Shown here in pieces: positions 34,584-42,977 of a stretch of DNA of 64,000 bases. The notes beneath the pieces are model-generated. The model was not told the DNA's origin, did not search any database, and worked only from the letters and a program-made list of their open reading frames with translations. Source of the stretch: Williopsis jadinii (lineage: Eukaryota); assembly GCA_024346625.1 (NCBI GenBank), contig AP024664.1:930001-994000 (forward strand), in the 5' to 3' direction. Position numbers and translations under genes: made by a program. How positions within the stretch are numbered: position 1 is the first letter of the stretch; each line of letters opens with the position of its first letter.

Positions 34584-36181
34584 TATGCTAACCAGTCTGT
34601 TGTGTATTCTGGTTATACGTGTCTAATGCTCTGTAGCTCTTCACCAAAACGGTTATATCGACAGTTCAATCAGCGAGTATATGATGGGAAAAGGTTCTTG
34701 GGATATCAATTCATCGGGATTTTTCCCTCCTTCTAAAGATCACCGAGCACCACCTCAACCGTTCCGTCTTCTTCTACACACCACACGGTGCAATGGATCA
34801 ACAGAAGATAGGCAACTTCTGAGGCTGGGGGTGGGGGGTTGTGCAGCGTTCCAGAATTTACGTCAGGCGTGCGAATATTTACGCACCACGAACTGTGAGG
34901 CTAGGGGATGGTTTATTATGGAGTTTATCGTTCGCCTGTTCTGGGCCCTGAGTTCATGCGCTAAAGAGCCAAAGAATGGGTCTATAATACGTGGGAATCT
35001 ACCCCACACGTAGTTGGTGGTATATTTGGAGTACGTTGTACCGTCAAGGCTCGGCCTCCTTATCAATTGGCGTGCAATTATATCGGCAAAGCTGGTTCTG
35101 GTACTTTGCCGGTGTTTCATCATCAGTTTCACACGTTACGCATTGCACGCGCACACCGTTGCACGCTGACAATGAACCAATGTTGTAGTAAGTACATACG
35201 TAGTGGTGGTGGCACAGTTATTGGTAGAGTTTCATACTCAATGGACTTCGTTGGTACGAGTTGCTGGCAGAGAGCCCATTCCACAGAACTTTATCGGTGC
35301 TGATAAACCCCAGATTAACAAGAGTTTCGGACAAAACGCACAAACTGATAAGAGACTAGCTATGTAGATTCCTGACTTGCGGTGCAATATACCGTAAAAC
35401 TATATGACGTTGGTGTTGTTGACTAGCTTCCGAAGCAGTTGACTTCTAACGAAGCCAATGAACCGCTCAAGCGACACGGTTTCTTTCCTGATAGGGAAAC
35501 GGAACAACTGATTGTCCTTGCTGGTGCTCAGATCGATGCCACGGCTGTTCCTCAGATTGAGATGACTGTTACATAGCAATAGGGCCGGTTCGCAGTGTAC
35601 TCTGCCACTACATGCAGTACCCAGTTGGAGATTGTAACTGGAAAACGTGGGACTATGCTAAATATAGTGCCATGTATCTTGGATCTTACGTCACATCTTG
35701 TTCATGTTCTTGTTGCTCTTGTTGTCGTTGTTTTATCTTACGGGCGAGGCTAAGGGCCCCAAAGGGTGCTTTTTCACAAGCGCATTTCCTAATGCGGAAG
35801 AAATTTACCCATGCGGAGAGAAGAACTATGAGATGTGTATCACAAATTTCAATCAAAGGCGTGCACTTGGTGGCGTATCGGTGAACGAATGGGATTTTTG
35901 GACCTATCGCAGACCACCAACGAGCCACGCGGTTCGCCCAAACATGTTCATCAGTTATCAAAAAATGGATTCCAGCAGAAAGTTTATCATCGTTCATAGC
36001 GAGCAGTGTAGCCGATTACTCATTTTGGTCAATGGAGTTGATAAAGCAACCACAAAGTAGGTAGCCGCTGAAAGCCAACGATGAATATAAATATCACCAA
36101 TATTCGTAGATACATAGTAAGCTTTAGTTATTGCTAGTCGCTACAACCATCTCCGAAATATCCTGAACTGCCAATCACGAA

Positions 36182-37894
36182 ATGACAACTGCACAAGTCT
36201 TCTTCGATCATCGCACTGAAAAACTCACCAGTGAAGAAACCCACTACAAAGGTGACCCAGAGCGTTACGAGAAGGAATGGGTTCCACTGATCAAGGCGTA
36301 CAATAAGGCACGTGAGGATGCTATTCCAAAGGAATATCTAGCGCCTAAAGGGCTCTTGCCTGAAGGCGACCTTGACTGTGCACCATTCGATGCCACCACG
36401 GTTCCTGCAAAGGTCCTTGACCCTAAGTCTCTGGCAATCACTGAACTCACCGCTGTTGAAATTGCAAAGAAGATCAAGGCTAAAGAACTCACGGCAGTTC
36501 AAACAATCACCGCATTCATCAAGAGGGCAACAATTGCTCATCAGTTGACCAATTGCGCCATGGAGGTTCTGTTTGAAGAAGGGCTGAAAAGAGCTCAGGA
36601 ACTCGATTCATACTACGAGACAACAGGTGAATTGGTTGGTCCATTGCACGGTGTTCCAGTGTCTTTGAAAGAGCACTACAACTATGCAGGACGTGTTACA
36701 ACCTGTAGTTTTGTCGCATGTTTGACCAATATTACACCGGAGTTCTCACTCACCAACCAAATCCTTTATGACCTTGGTGCAGTGTTCTACATCAGAACCA
36801 CAGAGCCTCAATGCTTGATGCATTTGGACTCTGAGAACAACATCACAGGTCGTGCAAGAAATGCACACAAGCTTTCTATGTCTCCAGGTGGATCATCCTC
36901 TGGTGAAGGTGCACTGATCGCAATGAAAGGTTCTCCGTTGGGTGTTGGTTCAGATATTGGTGGTTCAATTCGTTCCCCATGTGCATTCAACGGCATCTGG
37001 GGTATGAAACCTTCCAATAAGAGAGTTTCTATGAAAGATGTCATGATGGCACCAACTGACACATGTAATGAGATGATTGTCTGCTCTTTAGGTCCAATGG
37101 CCAACTCGCCAGAGGATTTGGATCTTTTTATGAAGTCTTATCTTAGCAAGAAGCCATGGAATGAGGATGCTACTTGCATGCCAATTGAGTGGAGAACTGT
37201 TCCAACTCCAAAGCCTTCGGAGTTGACCATTGGTATTTGCTACGATGATGGTGTCGTGAAGCCACATCCACCCGTGCTTCGTGCCTTGAAGGAGGTTGAA
37301 AAGAAGTTGAGGGCAGCAGGTATCAACGTTGTCTGTTGGGAGCCACACAGAGTCTATGAAGCTGTTGAAGTGGCTTTTGCATCCTACACTGCAGATGGTA
37401 ACTACACTGCAATCAACAGATTGGCTGCATCTGGTGAACCTGTTGTTCCTCTGACCGATTATTACTTGCAGATGGGTAAAGGTGACAAGGGCCTTTCCAC
37501 AATTGAACAACACTTTTATACCAACACCAGGGAAGCCTTACGCCAGGAGTACCTTGATTTATTCAACAAGAGAGGCGTTAACTTCGTACTTGCACCAACA
37601 TATGTTGGTGTGGCACCTAAACCGTCCACCATCAAATACTGGGGTTATACTGCCTTGTGGAACATTTTGGACTACACCTGTGTCACTTTCCCATCTGGAA
37701 TCAGTGCTTCAAAGGAACTGGACCCTGCAGAGGACATTGAACCAAGAAATGAGTATGAAGCTTATGAGTATGGCTTGTACAACGCAGAGGATGCGGATGG
37801 GCTGCCAGTTGGCTTGACGTTGGTTGGTAGACGTTATACTGAAGAGGAAACTTTGAAAGCTTCCATGGTTATTCGTGACGCTTTGAAAGCGTAA
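36182..37894 (+). CDS. Amidase-signature family amidase (copy B, 570 aa)
   Basis: GPLHGVPVSLKE, GGSSSGEGAL, GSDIGGSIRSP; TATAAATA at ~36086. Confidence 0.95.
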   Translation: MTTAQVFFDHRTEKLTSEETHYKGDPERYEKEWVPLIKAYNKAREDAIPKEYLAPKGLLPEGDLDCAPFDATTVPAKVLDPKSLAITELTAVEIAKKIKAKELTAVQTITAFIKRATIAHQLTNCAMEVLFEEGLKRAQELDSYYETTGELVGPLHGVPVSLKEHYNYAGRVTTCSFVACLTNITPEFSLTNQILYDLGAVFYIRTTEPQCLMHLDSENNITGRARNAHKLSMSPGGSSSGEGALIAMKGSPLGVGSDIGGSIRSPCAFNGIWGMKPSNKRVSMKDVMMAPTDTCNEMIVCSLGPMANSPEDLDLFMKSYLSKKPWNEDATCMPIEWRTVPTPKPSELTIGICYDDGVVKPHPPVLRALKEVEKKLRAAGINVVCWEPHRVYEAVEVAFASYTADGNYTAINRLAASGEPVVPLTDYYLQMGKGDKGLSTIEQHFYTNTREALRQEYLDLFNKRGVNFVLAPTYVGVAPKPSTIKYWGYTALWNILDYTCVTFPSGISASKELDPAEDIEPRNEYEAYEYGLYNAEDADGLPVGLTLVGRRYTEEETLKASMVIRDALKA

Positions 37895-38116
37895 TTGACT
37901 TAACACATCGTATAAGTCATGAAGTTGTCTACAAGTTGTTTGTTATACAAGAAGAATATACTAAACTATGTGTAGCTGTGCTGTAGTGTTTTCTGTGGAG
38001 TTTATGTCTCTTACTTAATCAGAGGTGGTGATAGCGCCCGGTTCATAAGCGCCACCCTTAACATTAATATGGCTGTCAACTTTTGAGAAGCACGAGAGCC
38101 ATAGTTACTACACAGA

Positions 38117-38629
38117 ATGAAATCAAGAAGGGCATCATCCACTGGCGTGAACACAGCCAGTGTACCACCAAAGACCCAGCAAAACAGTGGGAAGTCCACG
38201 CGCCGTCGAAACATAGTGAAAGCTCAAAAGTCGAAGTTGACAGAGCCTTCTACGAGCATTTCTGCCTCTTCTAGCGAAGAGAGCAACATAACAACAGCAC
38301 TTGACCACAAGCCGGCAAATCAAAAGGTTAGAGAAGACGATATTTCGACATTAACCGCTTTTCAGACTTCTCAGCTTTTGGAACTCGATCTATACAGCAG
38401 AGGTCGGACATCAGTTCCAACTACTCCCCGCAGCTGTTTCTCAGAGCTTTTGAGCATGTGCTATGGTGAAGAAATGCACCGTGATTCTGATACAGCTCTA
38501 CCATCATGCTGTTTCAAGAAAGACCATTCAGTTGAAATAGTCCAAGACTTGTCACAGAGTTTCCAAATGATACAGATTGTTGGCCTGGGCATGAAACTGA
38601 AACAACTAATCACACGAAGATCGGATTAG
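38117..38629 (+). CDS. Hypothetical protein (170 aa, low-complexity N-terminus)
   Basis: ATG ORF only; no recognisable motif. Confidence 0.35.
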   Translation: MKSRRASSTGVNTASVPPKTQQNSGKSTRRRNIVKAQKSKLTEPSTSISASSSEESNITTALDHKPANQKVREDDISTLTAFQTSQLLELDLYSRGRTSVPTTPRSCFSELLSMCYGEEMHRDSDTALPSCCFKKDHSVEIVQDLSQSFQMIQIVGLGMKLKQLITRRSD

Positions 38630-39037
38630 ATCACAAGGAAGTTACTGAGATATGCTATGTTTACTGTGCATAATAGATGGAGGCTGGACTAACCAATTCC
38701 AACTATGGCCAACCTACGTATTAAGGTAGATTCATGCGTTGTTGTAGATGCGTCACAACTTCTCTCCCACGTTTTGATGGAACAGCTCCACGGGCTACAC
38801 AATTCCCACAGTTGTTAGCTAGGCTTAGAAATTCATAGCTTCAGGGCAGCAGGGTGATGTGTACATAAAAGCGAACCACAGTGTTCGATGGAAGCGGTTG
38901 ACTCGTCTCTCTATACATCGAAAGAAGCACGCATCGTAGAAATTTCCCGATTAGGAATATTACGTACTAAACTTTATTTTCCTCTTTACCAAACCAGCTC
39001 GTAATAATAAACAACAAATTCTGAAAATTTATAACAC

Positions 39038-39109
39038 GCCGTTATAGTATAGTGGTTAGTACAGGTCGTTGTGGCCGACCAGACCCAGGTTCGATTCCAG
39101 GTAACGGCA
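39038..39109 (+). tRNA. tRNA-His(GTG)
   Basis: GCCGTTATAGTATAGTGGTTAGTACAGGTCGTTGTGGCCGACCAGACCCAGGTTCGATTCCAGGTAACGGCA followed by T-run. Confidence 0.95.
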
Positions 39110-39582
39110 CTTGTTTTTTTTTGCTTCGCCCGCGATCGTGATCGTGCGTGTCGCGTAGCGACCACAACGTCACATAGACCGCATTATACACGCTCATGTG
39201 TGTTCAATTACCTTCCAAAGTCTCCAGTCTCGAACACAACAGTACACCAACAGCGCTGTGGTCATCCAAACATTAGCCCAATTGGGTGTTATTGGCGAAG
39301 TAAAACACGCTTTGAGGTGATTTAATTCCAGACACGCGACTCAAAGTTTACGCAGAAAACGGCGCTGCAGCTCCCGCTATTTCTATTTTAACCTTGATTT
39401 GGCTTTTTGTGCTCTTGTCGGGGTTCCTCGAAAATCTCACATGTGTAATATCTTTTCTTGCAAAAGGAACTTCATTTGCAAACAGATACGCATCTCGTTT
39501 GGGAGTGAATTTTTTTCTCTCTTGTTAGGAAAATACACAGCTTCTTTGAAAAGAGTCGTGACATTGCCTTCTATTTTCAAGT

Positions 39583-40476
39583 ATGACTGGCCAGTTGTTG
39601 GAGAAAGTGGATCTTGGACTCCAGTTGCTGTTCATTGCAGCGACTACGATGGTACTATTGGCAAAGTTTAATACCGGGCTCTCTGGGTTTCTCAAATACG
39701 GCAAGACGCTGTCATCAGGCGTACAGGTACGACAGCAAAGTCACGATGGGCGATTTGTGGACGAGTCTCCGTTTGGATTTATCGTTAGAATGACACTTGA
39801 TCTCAAAGTACCCAAGTTCTGGTTCTTTCACTTCTACCTCTTGTCTTTGGTGCTATCGACTGTCGGCTTCATCATCACGCATACGAGGCTTCGGACCAAA
39901 GATACAACGCATCCCTTCACGCTACCTGACATCCAAAACGTTGGCACGATACCGCTCGAGATCTCACGTCTGGCGTTCTTTCTCATAATTGGCCATTCTT
40001 CCCGGAGGTTCTTCGAGACGCTGCTCATCTTCAAGTATAACAGAACTTCCAAGATGAATATAACACACTACCTCGTGGGCATTTTCTTCTACACTGCAAT
40101 AAACCTGCAACTTTTCCTCAACACCGACTTCAAGGTCACACAGAAGGCCAAACCGGACATTGTGCTGTTCCTATCACTCCTGCTGTTTCTGGTGGCATCG
40201 ACAGATCAATTCCTCAACCATGCACACCTTTCCGGTATTAAGAAGTATCGAATTCCAAGATACGGCTTGTTCCAACGGATTGTATGTGCGCATTACTTGG
40301 ATGAGATATTTATATACCTTGCTGTCTTTGGAGTTCTAAGGACAAGAACGTCATTTCTTGCCCTGGTATTTGTGATTGTTAACCTATCAATATCAGCAAT
40401 TGAAACCAGAAACTACTACAAGTTGAGGGAGGAAGGGAAAGTACCCAAATGGTCCATCATTCCATTCTTCATATAG
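39583..40476 (+). CDS. DFG10: Polyprenal/polyprenol reductase (steroid 5-alpha-reductase family)
   Basis: FLKYGKT, VPKFWFFHFY, HSSRRFFET, SKMNITHYLVGIFFY, CAHYLDEI, WSIIPF. Confidence 0.93.
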   Translation: MTGQLLEKVDLGLQLLFIAATTMVLLAKFNTGLSGFLKYGKTLSSGVQVRQQSHDGRFVDESPFGFIVRMTLDLKVPKFWFFHFYLLSLVLSTVGFIITHTRLRTKDTTHPFTLPDIQNVGTIPLEISRLAFFLIIGHSSRRFFETLLIFKYNRTSKMNITHYLVGIFFYTAINLQLFLNTDFKVTQKAKPDIVLFLSLLLFLVASTDQFLNHAHLSGIKKYRIPRYGLFQRIVCAHYLDEIFIYLAVFGVLRTRTSFLALVFVIVNLSISAIETRNYYKLREEGKVPKWSIIPFFI

Positions 40477-40530
40477 ACTGTGTATATTTATACTACTGAG
40501 TGAATGATCTGTTTATTATATACATATTCT

Positions 40531-41820
40531 TTACTGTTCAAATCTCTTGAAGAGTACAGAGGTGTTGATTCCACCAAACCCGAAACTGTTTGACAGTGCG
40601 TAGTTGATCTCTTTTTCAACAGGCTTTGGTCCAACAAAGTTCAACTGGAAGGCACGGCCATCAGAGTCGACATCAGGATCTTCCAGGTTCAACGTTGGAG
40701 GACAGACCTGGTTATGTACTGCCAGTGTGGTGAATATCCCCTCCACAGCGCCGGCTGCTCCAAGGAGATGTCCTGTAGACCCCTTTGTAGAGGATATATG
40801 GAAATGGTTGTTGTCCTTCAGCATGACTTGTAATGCGCGTGCCTCGATAGAATCACCCATAGCAGTTGATGTGGCATGTGCATTGACGTAGTCAATGTCA
40901 TTGGTTGTATGATCTCTCAGTGCAAGCTTCATGGCTCTAATAGCACCGCTTCCATTGGGATCTGGCGCAGTCATGTGATAACCATCACCGGAGAGACCGT
41001 ATCCAACAACTTCAGCGTATATCTGTGCACCTCTTTGTTTGGCATGTTCCAGTTCTTCCAAGACTAAAACGCCACATCCTTCACTGAGAACAAAGCCGTC
41101 ACGATTCTTGTCGAATGGTCTAGAGGCCTTTTCAGGCTCATCGTTCGACTTTGTAGAGAGTGACTTTGCTCTAGAGAAACCAGCAAGCGCCAGTGGAACG
41201 ACACCTGTTTCAGTAGCTCCTGCAACCATTACTTGGGCGTAGTCATCCTTGATAAAGCGATACGCATCACCAATGGCATGATTACCTGTAGCGCACGCCG
41301 TACTGACGGTATGGTTTGGACCTTTGAGTCCATATGTCATTGAAACCACACCCGAAGCCATGCTTGGCAATGCCTTTGGAACAAAGAGCGGTTGAACTTT
41401 TCTGTAGCCGCCTTCGTGGTAGATCATGGATTGTTCATACACTTCTCCAAAAGCTCCAATACCAGTCCCTATACAAACACCAGTGCTTGCCTGCTCGTCA
41501 TCAGTCTTTGGTTCCCATTGAGCATCTAGGAGCGCCTCTTTCGCAGCGACAATTGCATATTGGGTAAGTAATGCATACCTTCTGGAGAGCGATGGCGGCA
41601 AATGGTCGTCTGGATTCCATTTTCCTTCTGATATGCTCCCCTTCGGCACAGCACCGACAACTTTTGAAGGGATGAGGTCGTATTCTGGGTTGTTCAGTGT
41701 CTTTGTTGAAACAATGCCGCTTTCACCAGCCAATAGCCTTGCCCAGTTTCTCTTGACCCCAACCCCAAGAGGCGAAACCATACCCAATCCTGTGATCACA
41801 ACTCTTCTTGCCTGTGACAT
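40531..41820 (-). CDS. CEM1: Mitochondrial beta-ketoacyl-ACP synthase
   Basis: RRVVITGLG, STACATG, NAHATST, KGSTGHLLGAAG, SNSFGFGG. Confidence 0.96.
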   Translation of the reverse strand: MSQARRVVITGLGMVSPLGVGVKRNWARLLAGESGIVSTKTLNNPEYDLIPSKVVGAVPKGSISEGKWNPDDHLPPSLSRRYALLTQYAIVAAKEALLDAQWEPKTDDEQASTGVCIGTGIGAFGEVYEQSMIYHEGGYRKVQPLFVPKALPSMASGVVSMTYGLKGPNHTVSTACATGNHAIGDAYRFIKDDYAQVMVAGATETGVVPLALAGFSRAKSLSTKSNDEPEKASRPFDKNRDGFVLSEGCGVLVLEELEHAKQRGAQIYAEVVGYGLSGDGYHMTAPDPNGSGAIRAMKLALRDHTTNDIDYVNAHATSTAMGDSIEARALQVMLKDNNHFHISSTKGSTGHLLGAAGAVEGIFTTLAVHNQVCPPTLNLEDPDVDSDGRAFQLNFVGPKPVEKEINYALSNSFGFGGINTSVLFKRFEQ

Positions 41821-42189
41821 GGTGCAACTGGTTTATCTGCTATGGCAATACCGCCTATGGACTATGCTAGACGTGTGACTTGTGGACGAGGAACAAATTC
41901 TTTGGGGCCTGGAGGCTGGGGCACGAATTCCCCAGCACCGGATTTGTCTGGCGATGGGCACCATCAGCTAAACCAACCTGTGTCAATGTTGGTCGCCGGA
42001 GCCGAGGCTACACCTGTGAGAACCACACCTCCATACCGGTTGAACACCATAGGCGTTGAAATCTGGAACGGTTAGGGTGTTGATGTTGCTACATGGGGTG
42101 TTCATCTAAAGATTATGGATATAGTTATTGTTGTTGTCATGGCAACGAGGATTTCACCACTCCCGCGGGCAAAAAAAAGAAAACGAGAG

Positions 42190-42262
42190 TGCCCCACGTG
42201 GGGCTCGAACCCACAACCGTACGATTAAGAGTCGTAAGCGCTACCGATTGCGCCAGCGAGGC
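42190..42262 (-). tRNA. tRNA-Lys(CTT), copy 1
   Basis: GCCTCGCTGGCGCAATCGGTAGCGCTTACGACTCTTAATCGTACGGTTGTGGGTTCGAGCCCCACGTGGGGCA. Confidence 0.97.
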
Positions 42263-42977
42263 TACTTCGTTGAAAGCAGATTCTTACTGTTTCCCGAGTG
42301 AAGCGAATGCCAACGACAACGGGTTATGAGCACGCTCACGGATCCCGTTGTGGTTGGTTTGTTGTGTGAGCAGGCGCGCACCACCTGAGCTGAGAGGACT
42401 CACGAGCTGGGGGCCTCATCAGGTTCAAAGAACCAATTCAACAGCCCCGGTGAAGTCGTAAAGGAAAATCCACAGTAGACGCTAAGTGCTCACTGATTGA
42501 TGGCAAGTTACTCTGTAATATATGCATCACCGGGCCCGAAGCCAAACCATTTCCTTTGTATTTTTCCCACACTCTGAGTGCTTACTTTCTGACGCGCACC
42601 GGTGGAGATGAGAGCTTAACGGGCAGCCATATAAAAGGCCCAACTACACGCAATCAATCGCTCTTTTCATTCCAGCAGAAAAGACCCAAAGGGCTTAAAG
42701 CGTTTTCTGCTCAAAGTAAAGCAACACGTACAATTCTGCAACCAATTTCAAGGCGAATTTGGTGGAGTGCTGCTAGTTAGAAGGAAAATAAAGTGTCTGC
42801 CTACGCTCACAAGGTGAAAAATTATTGGCGGCGTGCTGTGAAAAATTTAACGGCCAAAGCTGAAAAAAATTGTCAAAGCGACAAAACCATAGACGAAACT
42901 TTTCTTTAGACAAAGTTGTGTCACGCTAATCTCCAAGGTTTTTACTTCCAGGTTTGTCTGTGTTGATTAGTCTTAAA

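Larger units (their letters stand above)
20660..37894. repeat. Diverged direct tandem duplication of transporter-regulator-amidase module (unit A 20660-29226, unit B 30022-37894)
   Basis: Same gene order, orientation and intron position; offset ~8.7-9.4 kb; intergenic DNA not alignable by eye. Confidence 0.95.

Noticed and set aside
42285..42424. Hammerhead ribozyme core (CTGATGAG...GAAAC on the minus strand)
   Set aside because: No stem II closing pair adjacent to GAAA and no stems I/III
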